Below, piece by piece: positions 28,258 through 46,490 of a stretch of 64,000 nucleotides of DNA. The notes beneath the pieces are model-generated. The model did not search any database and was not told the DNA's origin. It saw only the letters and a program-made list of their open reading frames with translations. The position numbers were made by a program, and so were the translations under genes. The DNA lies in NCBI RefSeq assembly GCF_009914755.1, contig NC_060931.1; one strand, written 5' to 3'. The stretch comes from the human T2T-CHM13v2.0 reference genome, Homo sapiens. Position 1 is the stretch's first letter. Every line of letters starts with the position of its first letter.

Positions 28258-28679
28258 TGTGGAACTAAAGCTTGGACACACAGCAACATGCATCACCCAG
28301 TGCAGGCTAGAATTCATAGTGAAAGGGATCAGCAAAAACAGGGTCTCCTTCTCTGCATACCCAGTAGAGACGCATCCTAGGCAGAGGCCCAGATGGATAC
28401 ACCACTGGAGTTGGCTGCAGGACATGGACCTTCCCTGGGTTGCTCTCCTTTTTATAAGGCAAAGGTGAGAGTGGCTTTGCAGGAGAGAAATAAAAATTTT
28501 AGACCCAGGTGCCAAGTATTCTAAGCTTGGTTGCCACATGCTCAAGGAAAGTTCTACAAAATGCCAGCTTGCCCAGCACTTATAATTCTTAGAGGCTCCT
28601 GATCCAGTGAGAAGCTGAGTCCAAGCACAGTCCCTCCCAATATGAGAAAGAGAGGGAGCCCTGGAGTCATCACTAGACA
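28258..28679 (-). mobile_element. Probable solo LTR, family not recognised
   Basis: TG...CA bounded ~420 bp with a minus-strand TATA (tttttata) internally. Confidence 0.35.
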
Positions 28680-28899
28680 ATTCTGTTTATTCCACTGGGG
28701 GTTGTTTGGAGTTTTTTTAACTTCATCGTTTGAAATAATTCAAACTTGGAAAAATGGTACAGAGTCCAGAGTAACCTTCACCCTGCTTCCCCAGTGGTGA
28801 CATTTTGCATAATTATAGTACATTATCAACACCAGGAAATTGACCAGTTCACAAGACTATAGACCTTACTCAGTTTTCACAAGGCCTTAAACCTATACC

Positions 28900-28902
<3 letters not shown>

Positions 28903-28950
<48 letters not shown>
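28903..28950. repeat. (GT)24 microsatellite
   Basis: Seen directly. Confidence 0.97.
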
Positions 28951-28952
<2 letters not shown>

Positions 28953-29015
28953 TTTTATGCAATTTCATCAAATGTATAGATTTATTCATCTACTACCACA
29001 ATCAAGATATAATCT

Positions 29016-29289
29016 GTCCAGGCATTCTGGCTCACACCTCCAATCTCAGTGCTTTAGGAGGAGGCCAAGGCAGGAGGATCGCTTGAGCCCAGGAGTTAGA
29101 GACCAGCCTGGGCAACAGCAAGACCCCATCTCTACCAAAAAAAAAAAAAAAAAAAAAAAAAAAAGAAGTCAGGCATGGTAGTGCACACCTGTAGTCCCAG
29201 CTACTCAGGGGGCTGAGGTGGGAGGATCACTTGAGTCCAGGAGTTTGATGATGCAGTGAGCTATGATTATGCCACTGCACTCTAGCCTC
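29016..29289 (+). mobile_element. AluJ-like, expanded central A-tract, 3' end missing
   Basis: gaggatcgcttgagcccaggagtt (J-type); A-run ~29137-29164; stops at tctagcctc. Confidence 0.85.
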
Positions 29290-30114
29290 AATGTGGCACT
29301 GATTATCACAGGTGAGTTGATCGCTGGGGTCATGAGCCATGATCCAAGAAGCATGGCGTCGCCAAAGGTCAGCCTTAGGGTCATGAGTGCTTCCTCATGG
29401 AGCCAACCTGAATCCCGACCAGAGATGGGTTCTCTAGGAGGGATGCTCCTAGGAAATCTGGATCCTATGCATATAAAATCTATCACAACAACAGCACTCC
29501 TTCCTGCTCCCTCTTTGTATTCATATCCACCCACTGCTGTGCTCCCCATCCCTGTCCCCTAGCAACCACTAACATCTGTTCTCCAGACCTACAACTTTGT
29601 CATTTTGAGAATATTATATAAACAGATTCAAACACTATGAAACCTCTCGAGACTGGCTGTTTTTCACTCAGCATAATTTTCTGGATATTCAGTCAAGCTG
29701 TGGCTTGCATCTAGAGTCTGTTCCTTTTTTATTGCTGAGACGTACTTCCCAGGATGGCAATATGACAGTTTGTTTCATCATCCCTTCACTGAAGGACATC
29801 AGGATTGTTTCCAGTTTGGGGATATAATGAATAAAGGGACTATGAACATTCATGTACAGGTTTGTGTGTGCATCTCTGTATTAATCTGTTCTCACACTGC
29901 TATAAAGAAATACCTGAGATTGGGTAATTTATAAAGAAAAGAGGTTTAATTGGCTTACGGTTCCACAGGCTGTACAGAAAGCATGGCTTGGAAGGCCTCA
30001 GGAAACTTACAATCATGGCAGAAGGCAAAGGGGAAACAAGCATGTCTTACTCAGCCAGGTCAGGAGGTGGAGAAAGGAGGAGAGGTGCTATACACTTTTA
30101 AAAAGCCAGATCTT

Positions 30115-36453
<6,339 letters not shown>

Positions 36454-39189
36454 AAAAGCCAGATCTTGCGATAACTCACTATCACAAGAACAGCACCAAA
36501 GGGGAAGTCCCTTTGGTGGACTCTCAGAATCCAATCGCCTCCCACCAGACCCCACCTCCAACACTGGGGATTACAATTTAACGTGAGATTTGAGATTTGC
36601 ACGGGGACACGGACACAAACCATATCAATCTCTTTAGGATCAATGTCTGCAAGCGCAGTTGCTGGGTTATATTTGCAAGTTCAGTTTAAGAAATGGACAA
36701 ATTTTCCTGAGCCACTGTGCCATTCTACCCTCCCACCAGCAATATGTGAATGATCAAGCCTCTGCTCACCCTCAGCAGCATTCCGTGTTGACACTATTTT
36801 TTTATTGTAGCCGTTCTGATCAGAGAACATTGCTATCTCACTGTAGTTCTAATTTTCAGTTCACTGCTGATACAAGAACATCTTTTCATGTGCTTGCCAT
36901 CTGGCTTTTTACTTTAGTAAAATGTCTGTTCATATCTTTTGCACATTTTATACTTGGATTATTTATTTTTTCACTGCTGAGCTTTGAGAATTCTTTGTAT
37001 ATTCCAGATAGAAGGCATTTGTCAAACATGAGGTTTGCAAATATTTTCTCCTGGTCAGTAGCCTGTCTTTCCATCTTCTTAGAGTCTTTTTCAGACTAAA
37101 AGTTTTTTTCTTAATTTTGATGAAGTCCAACTTAGAATTTTTTTTCTTTTATGGGTCGCACTTAGTCATGTCTAAGAACTCTGCCTAGCTCTAGGTCCAG
37201 AAGAGCTTCCTATTTTATTCTCAAAGTTTTTCTGTTATACATTTTATACTTATGTCTATGATCTATTATAAATGCATAAATTGATGTTATATTGTATAAT
37301 GTTTAGGTCAAGGCTCATTTTCTGCCTATATGTGTCCAATTGTCTCAAGACCACCTGTTGAATCAACTGTCCTTCCTTCAATGAAGTACTTTTGCATCTT
37401 TGCCAAAAATTAATTGGTCATATTTGTTTTGGTCTATTTCTGGGTTCTCTTTTTCTCTTCCATAGACTTAAGTGTCCATTCTTTACTGTCTTAATTACTC
37501 TACTTATATAGTAAGTCTTACCATCAGCTAGAGTGATTCCTCCCACTTGATTCTTCTTTTTCAAAATTGTCATAGCTATTGCAGAATTTTTTTTTGCCTA
37601 ACCACATAAATTTTAGAATAACCTTGTCTATATCTACAAAAAAATTGTTGGAATTGTTTTTGATTTTAAAAATCTGTTAAAAGTGTATTTTAATATAGGT
37701 TTAACAGTTTAGGAAGAACTAACCACCTTACTATACCGAGTCTTTCAATCCATGAACACAGTATGTCTCTCCATTTATTTAGATCTTCATTATTTCTTTC
37801 AGCAGTGTTTTATAATTTTCAGCATAGAGGTTCTTTGCATGTTTTGCTAGATTTATACCTAGCATTTCTCTTTTTTCAGTCAGGGAGTAGAGGGAGTGAT
37901 TGTATATGGTGTTGTTTTAACTTCTGTTTCTACATAATTGTGGATCCACATGATTGTTGCTAGTATAAAGAAATTTGTATAATTTTTGTGTGCTGATCTT
38001 GGATCCTGCAACTTTGCTGGACTCACATTTTTATGAGCATTTTTGTGAATTCTTTGGTGTTTTTAATGTAGACAGTCATGTCATCTGCAAACAGGGGGAG
38101 TTTTATTTATTCTTTTCCAATCTGTGTGCCTTTTATTTCCTTTTCTAGCCTTATTGTACTGGCTTGAACTTTCAGCATTATGTTGAATAAGAATGGTAAG
38201 ACTGAACATTCTTGCCTTGTTCTCATTCTTAGGGGAATGTGTTTAGTATTTCATAATTAAGAATGTTAGCTGTAGGTTTTTCATAGATGCTGTTCTCCTT
38301 TATTCCTCATTAGCTGAGGATTTTTATTACAAATGGGTGTTAAATTTGTCAAATGCTTTTTCTGCATCAATTGAAATCATGTGATTTTTCTTCTTTAGCT
38401 CATTATTTTGGCAAATTACATTTATTTTCAAATATTGAGTCAACTTTGCTTTCCTGGAATAAAACCCACATAGTGTTTGTGTATAATTCCTTTTATATAT
38501 TGCTGGAGTTGACTTGCTAATAGTTTATTGAGACAGTTCCATATCTAAAAAAATTGGTCTCTAGTTTTTCTTTCTTTTCCTTTTTTTTTTTTTTTTTGGC
38601 ATGTCCTTGTCTGGTTTTGGTATTAGGGTAATGCTGACTGATAAATGAATTGAGAATCATTTCTTCTTCTATTTGTTGAAAGAGGTCGTATAGAATTAGT
38701 GTTAATTTTTCTTTAAATGTGCAGTAGAATTCAACAGTAAAACTGAGTCTGATTTCTTTTTGGAAGTTAATTATGGATTTCATTTCTCTAATAGCTATAG
38801 GACTATTCAGAGTATATCTTTCATATATGGTGAGTTTCAGAGTTTGTGCTTTCCAAGGAATTGATCCATCTCATCTAAGTTACAGAATTTATGTAGGTTG
38901 AATTGTACATAGTATTCCCTTTTTTTATTATCCTTTTAAGAGCCTCAGTATCTGTATACAGCCCTTGTTTTATTCCTGATGTTGGTAATTCCTATCTTTT
39001 TTATCTTTGCTAGTCCTATAGGTTTACAATTTTATTTATTTTTTTACAATACTGAGCTTTTCGTTTAATTGCTTCTACTTTGTTTTCCATTTCATTAATT
39101 TCTACTGTAATCTTTGTATTTTCTTTTCAAATCTGTTAAAAGTTGTTAAACTGTAATACCCCTTACATATATATGTAATGCCTCCCATA

Positions 39190-39400
39190 TACACTCTAAT
39201 CCCCTGCTTATTTTTCTGTACAGCACTTACTATCTAATAAGTATTTTATTTATTTTTATTTATTATCGGTAACTGCCATAATTCCCTACAGGAATGTGAA
39301 CACCTTGAGGGCAAAGTTTTTGTCTTTTTCATTCATTGATACATCTCAGTGACTGATGCCTACAGGTGCTCAAAAAATAGTTGTTAAATGAATGAAGAAA
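39190..39400 (+). mobile_element. L2 3' end
   Basis: gaatgtgaacaccttgagggca...ggtgctcaaaaaatagttgttaaatgaatgaa. Confidence 0.7.
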
Positions 39401-42400
39401 GTAAAAACAGTGAAACATAAAAATTCTCCTATTACCAATATCTAAAAATGTTGAACAAAATATAATTTAAAAACTAACTGCACAGTTAATTCCATAAGAA
39501 AGAAAGTGAATCCCAGTATCCCAGACAGAAATGAAATCCAGTATGGGAGGTGATTAAGCCGACTCTGCAGGAGCACCCATGGTGGGGCATGGGGCAGTTT
39601 TGACCCAATTCACAACTAAGAGCTTAGTTTTTAACAGGAGATGAAATTTAGGTCTGTACCAAGTATGAACATGGAACTGAAACCACTGCATAAAGCCAGG
39701 ATCTTCTAAAAGAACTGCCACCTAGGTAAATAAAGACCAGGAAAATGTAGCCCTTTGACGAAAAGAGTACTGGTGGATTTTTTAAAAAAATTATTTCTCC
39801 ATGTAAAATCAAACCAAGAACTTACGCAGCTTTGAAGTCCTAATTTATACTGCCCATTTTGTAGGAGAAAGCCCAAGTAGAGAAGCTAACACAAGAATTA
39901 GTCCTGGACTGATATTCTGGGTGCTGGCAGAGGAAGGATACGCACTAATACAGACCACGCAACTCTCTCATGGGAAAAACTTAGCCCCTCTGAAGATAAG
40001 CTCACAGTGAAAAAATCACAACTGATTAAAAGATCTAAAATGAGCAAGAGGAAGCAGACCAAGATGGCACAATAGAAGCCTCCACCAATTGCACCCTCAC
40101 CACCATGAAACGACACCAATTTAACAACTGTCTACACACACACACGCTATAAGAACAAAAATCAGGCGAGCACTCACAGTACCTGGCTTTAACTCTGTAT
40201 GGCTGAAAGAGGCACTGAACAGGTAGGAAAAAGTCTTGAATCCCTCCCTGGCAGCAGCGGTGTGGTGCGGAGAGCATTTCTGTGTGCTAGAAGAGGGAGA
40301 ATGCAGCAATTGTGAGACATTGAACTCACTGCTGCCCCTTTATAGCAGAAAGGAAAACCTCAGCTGATGCCTGCCCACAGAGGGAGCATTTAAACCAGCT
40401 CTAGCCAGAGGGGAATCGCCAATCTTAGCAGTTGGAAGTTGAGTTCCCACAGATCTCATCACGACAGGCTAGCAGTGCTCTGGGGCTCTAAATACATGTG
40501 AAAGGCAGTCTAGGCCACAAGGACTGCAACTTTTAGGCGAGTCCTAGTGCTGATCTGGGCCCAGAGCCAGTAGACTGGGTATGGGGTATGAGACCTGCTG
40601 AGACAGCAGCTGGAGCAACTAAGGGAGTGCGGGCATCACCCCTCCCCTAACCCCAGGCTGCAGAGCACACGGCTCCCTTACTTCCATTTGAGGAGAGGAG
40701 AGTGAGGAGTGGGGAAGACTTTGTCTTAAATCTCGGATACCAGCTCAGCCACAGCAGAATAGGGCACTGGTCAGAGTCATGAGGCCTCCATTCCAGGCTC
40801 TAGCTTATGGATGACTTTTCTAGACACAACCTGGGCCAGAAGGGAACGTGCTGCCTTGAAAGGCAGGACACAGTACTGGCAGCATTCATCACCTTCTAAC
40901 TGAAGAGCTCCTAGGCCCTGAGTAACAAGCAGCAATACCCAGGAACTATCTCAAGGGCCTTGGGTGACACTCTGAGACTTACTGGCTTCAGGTGAGACTC
41001 AGCACATTCCCAGATGTGGTGGTTATGGGGTGAGACTCCTGCTTGGGGTGGCTATGGGGTGAGACTCCTTCTGCTTGTCTCAAAAGCAAAGGGGACCTTG
41101 TCTTGCAACTTAGGTCCCAGCTTGGTCACAGGCATACTCTCCAGGCTCCTGGGGTCCCCAATTCCAGAATTTGGCTCTTGGATGGCATTTCTGGACCTGC
41201 TCTGGGCCAGAGGGGAGCCCACTGCCCTGAAGGGTGAGTCCCAGGCCAGGCAGCATTCACCACAAGCTGAATGAAGAGCCCTTGGACCTTAAAGGAACAT
41301 CAGTGGTAGTCTGGCTCTACTCCCCATGGGCCTGTGGTGGCAGTGGCCATGGGCTAAGTCTCCTCTGTCTTTGGAAAGGGGAGGGAGGAGTGAGCAGGAC
41401 TGCATCTTGTGGTTTGGGTGCCAGCTCAGCCACACTACAATAAAACACCAGGTAGACTTCTATGGTTTTTGACTCTAGTCTCTGATTCCCAGATTGCACC
41501 TCAGGACCTGCCCAGGGGCCTAGGGGAACTCGCCACGCTAAAGGGAAGGGCACAGGCCTGGCTTTGCCAACTGCTGACTGTAGAGCCCCAGGGCCTTGAG
41601 CAAACTTAGGCAATAGTCAGAAAGTAGTTACAGCAGGCCTTGGGTGAGACCCAGTGCTGTGCTGGCTTCAAGTCTGACCTGGCACAGTCATAGTGGTGGT
41701 GGCCACAGGGATGCTTGTGTCACTCCACCCCCAGCTTCAGGTGGCTCAGAACAGAGAGACTCCATTTGTTTGGGAGAAAGTAAGGGAAGAGAACAAGAGT
41801 CTCTGCCTAGTAATCCAGATAATTCTTGCAGATCTTATCCAAGATCATCAAGGCAGTACCTGTACAAGTCTGCAAGAACCACAGCATTACCGGGCTTGGG
41901 GTGCCCCCTAAAGAAGATGCAGTTAGATCACCACACCCAAGACCTTTAGAATATCTAGAAAGCTTTCACAAGAAGGATAGGTACAAACAAACTCACAAGG
42001 CAAAGACTGTAACAGATACCTAAATCTTCAATGCGTAGACACAGATGAACATCTATAAGCATCAAGACAGCCCAGGAAAACATGACCTCACCAAATGAAC
42101 TAAATAAGGCATCAGGGACCAATCATGGAGAAACAGAGATATGTGACCTTTCAGAGAGAGAGTATTCAAAATAGCTGTGTTGAGGAAACTCAAAGAAATT
42201 TAAGATAACACAGAGAAAGAATTCAGAATTCTATTAGATGAATTTAACAAAGACAAATAAAAGAATCAAGCAGAAATTCTGCAGCTGAAAATGCAATTGG
42301 CATATTGAAGAATGCATCAGATTCTTTTAATAGCAGGAATGATCAAACAAAAGAAAGAATTAATGAGCTTGAAGACAGGCTATTTGAAAATACACATCAG

Positions 42401-42854
42401 AGGAGACAAAAGAAGATAAGAAAACAATAAAGCATGCCTACAGGATCTAGAAAATAGCCTCACAAGGGTAAATCTAAGAGTTATTGGCCTCAAAGAGGAT
42501 GCAGAGAAAAAGATAGGGCTGGAATGTTTTCTCAAAGGAATTATAACAGGTAACTTTCCAAACCTAGAGAAAAATACCAATATCAAAGTACGAGAAGGTT
42601 ATAGAACACCAAGCAGATTTAACCCAAAGAAGAAAACCTCAAAGCACTTAATAGTCAAATGCCTAAAGATCAAATATATAGAAAGGATCCAAAAAGAGGC
42701 AAGAGAAAAGAAACAAGTGACACACAATCAAGTCCAATATGTCCAGACTTTTCAGTGGAAACCTTACAGGCCAGGACAGAGTGGCATGACATATTTAAAA
42801 TGATGAAGGCAAAAAAAGTTTTACCCTAGAATTGTATATCTGGTAAAAAAAAAT

Positions 42855-43012
42855 TATATATATATAACTATATATATATAATATATATAACTATATATAA
42901 CATATATAGTTATATATAATATATATAACATATATATAACATAGTTATATATAATGTATATAACATATATATAACATATATAACTATATATATATATAAA
43001 ATCTATATATAT
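42855..43012. repeat. (TA)-rich low-complexity expansion inside L1 ORF1
   Basis: Seen directly. Confidence 0.9.
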
Positions 43013-46000
43013 CCTTAAAACATGAAGGAGAAATAAAGACTTCCCTAACAAACAAAAGCTGAAGGATTTCATCAACACCAGATCTGTCCTACAAGAAATG
43101 CTAAAGGGAGTACTTCAATCATAAAGAAAAGGACATTAATGAGCAATAACTAATTACCTGAAGGTACAAAATCCACCGGTAATAGCAAGTACACAGAAAA
43201 ACACAGAACATTGTAACACTAACTGCAGTGAGTAAACTACTCTAAGCTAAGAGAGACTAAATGATGAACCAATCAAAAATAATAACTACAACAGCTTTTC
43301 AAGACATAGACAGTACAATAAGGTATAAATAGAAACAATAAAAAGGTAAAAGTGGGGCACCAAAGTTAAGGTATAAAGTTTTTATTAGTTTTCTTATTGC
43401 TTATTTGTTTATACAAACAAATAATGAGTGTGTTTGTATAAACAAATTATTTGTTAAAATAATGAGCTATAAGATAGTATTTGCAAGCCTCATGGTAACT
43501 TCAAACTAAAATACATATAACAGATACACAAAAAACAAAAAACAATAAACTAAGCCATATCACCAGAGAAGATCACCTTCACTAAAGGAAGACAAGAAGA
43601 TCACAAAACAACCAGAAAACAAATCACAAAATGGCAGAAATAAGTCCTCATTTATCAATAATAACATTGAATGTAAAAGGATTACATTCTCCAATCAAAA
43701 GACATAGAGTGGCTGAATGGATTTAAAAAAGACAAGACCCATTTATCTGTTGCCCACAAGAAACACATTTCACCTATACAGACACATATAGACTGAAAAT
43801 AAAGGGATGAAAAGAGATATTCCATGCCAATGGAAAGCAAAAAAGAACAGGAGTAGCGACACTTATATTAGACAAAATGGATTTCAAGACAAAAACTATA
43901 AGAGACAAAGAAGGTCACTATATAATGATAAAGGGGTCAACTTATCAAAAGGATATAACAATTTTAAATGTATATGCATTCAACACTGGAGCACCCAGAT
44001 ATATAAAGCAAATATTACTACAGCTAAAGAGAAAGAGAGAGAGACTCTAATACAGTAATAACTGGAGACTTCTATACACCATTTTGAGCACTGGACAGAT
44101 CTTCCAGACAGAATATCAACAGGGAAATATTTAACTCAGTCTGCACCATAGACCAAATGGATCTAATAGATATCTACAGAACATTTCATCCAATGGCTGA
44201 ATACACTTTCTTTTCCTCAGTACATGGATCAATCTCAAAGATAAATCATATGTTAGGTCACAAAATAAGTCTTAAAACATTCAAAAAAATTGAAATAATA
44301 TCAAGTATTGTCTCTGACCACAGTGGAATAAAACTAGAAATCAGTAACAAGAGAAATTTTGGAAACTATACAAATACATGGAAATTAAACAATATGTTCG
44401 TGAATGACCAGTGGGTCATTAAAGAAATTAAAAAGGAAATTGAAAAATTTCTTGAAATAAATAATGAAAACACAACATATCAGAACCTGTGGGATACAGT
44501 AAAAGCTGTACTAAGGGGAAAATTTATAGCTATAAGTGCCTACATCAAAAAAGAAAAACTTCAAATAAACAAGCCAACAATGCATCTTGAAGAACTAGAA
44601 AAGCATCTCGCAGGCTGTGACGCTTTATTAAGAAATAAAGTCTCCTCTCCTTTTCAAATTAAAAAAGATTTAGAAAAGCAAGAGCAAACAAAACCCAAAA
44701 TAAGTAGAAGAAAAGAAATAATAAAGATTGGAGAAGAAATAAATGAAATTGAAATGAAGAAACAACATAGAAGATCAAGGAAACAAAAAATTGGTTTCTT
44801 GAAAAATAAAACAAGATTGACAAACCTTTAGCCAGACTAATTAAGGAAAAAAGAGAGAAGATCCAAAAAAATAAAATCAGAGACAAAAAATGAGACAACT
44901 GATACTACAGAAAATCAAAGGATCATTAGTGGCTACTATGAACAATAAATTGGAACAACAAATGTATTGGCTAATTTGCCAATAAATTGGAAAATCCAGA
45001 AGAAATGGACAAATTCCCAGACATGTACAACCTGCCAAGATTGAACCAGGAAGAAATCCAAAACCTGAACAGACCAATAACAAGTAATGAGATCGAAGCT
45101 GTAGTAAAAAGTCTCCCAGTAAAGAAAAGCCCGGGACCCAATGGCTTCACTGTTGAATTCTACCAAACATTTAAAGAACTAATACCAATCTTACTCAAAC
45201 TATTCCAAAAAACGAAGGGGGAAGGAATACTTCCAAATACATTCAATGAGGTCAGTATTACCCTGATAGCAAAACCAGACACATAAAAAAAAAACCAACT
45301 ACAAGCCAATATCTCTTATGAATATTGATGCAAAAATCCTCAACAAAATACTAGCAAATTGAATTCAACAATACATAAAAATATTATTCATCAGGATCAA
45401 GTGGGATTTATCCCTGGGATGCAAGGATAGTTCAACATATGCAAATCAATCGATGCAATACATCATATCAACAGAATGAAGGACAAAAACCATATGATCA
45501 TTTCAATTGATTCTGGTAAAGCATTTGATAAAATTCAACATCCCTTCATGATTAAAAAAAAAAGAAGCCCTCATAAAACTTGTGTATAGAAAGAACATGC
45601 CTCAACATAATATAAACCATATATGACAGACCTACAGATAGTATCATACTGAATGGGGAAAAACTGAAAGTCTTTACGATTTGAAACACAACAAGGATGC
45701 CCACTTTCACTATTGTTATTCAACATAGTACTGGAAGTCCTAGATAGAGCAATCAGACAAAAGAAATTAATAAAGAGCATGGAATTGGAAAGGAAGAAGT
45801 CAAATTATCCTTGCTTTCAGATGATATGGTCTTATATTTGGAAAAACCTAAAGACTCCATAAAAAACTATTAGAACTGATAAATTCAGTAAAGTTGAAGG
45901 ATACAAAATCAACATACAAAAATCATTAGCATTTCTATATGCCACCAGTGAACAATCTGAAAAAGAAATTAAAAAAAGTAATCCAATTTACAATAGCCAC

Positions 46001-46424
46001 AAATAAAATGAAATACTTAGGAATTAACCAAAGAAGTGAAAAATCTTTATAATGAACACTATAAAACACTGATGAAAAAAAGTAAAGAGAACACCAAAAC
46101 ATGGAAAGATATTCCATGTTCTAGGAATCAATGTTGTTTAAATGTTCATACTACCCAAAGCAATCTACAGATTCAATGCAATCCCTATCAAAATAACAAT
46201 GACATTCTTCACAGAAATTGAAAAGTCTTAAAATTTATATGGAACCACAAAAGACCCAGAATACCCAAAGCTACCCTAAGCAAAAACAAAAAACAAAACT
46301 GGAGGAATCACATTACCTGACTTCAAATTATACTACAGAGCTATGGTCACCAAAACAGCATGGTACTGGCATAAAAACAGACACATAGACCAATTGAACA
46401 AAATAGAGAACCCAGAAACAAATG

Positions 46425-46490
46425 CATACACCTACAGTGAACTTACACCTACAGTACATACACCTACAGTGAACTTACACCTACAGTGAA
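46425..46490. repeat. Short tandem duplication of acacctacagt units (2 x ~32 bp) within L1 ORF2
   Basis: catacacctacagtgaacttacacctacagt occurs twice. Confidence 0.85.

Noticed and set aside
27709-28680. 223-aa and 178-aa ORFs
   Set aside because: They overlap decayed L2/LTR sequence, with no recognisable domain or splice context; chance ORFs.
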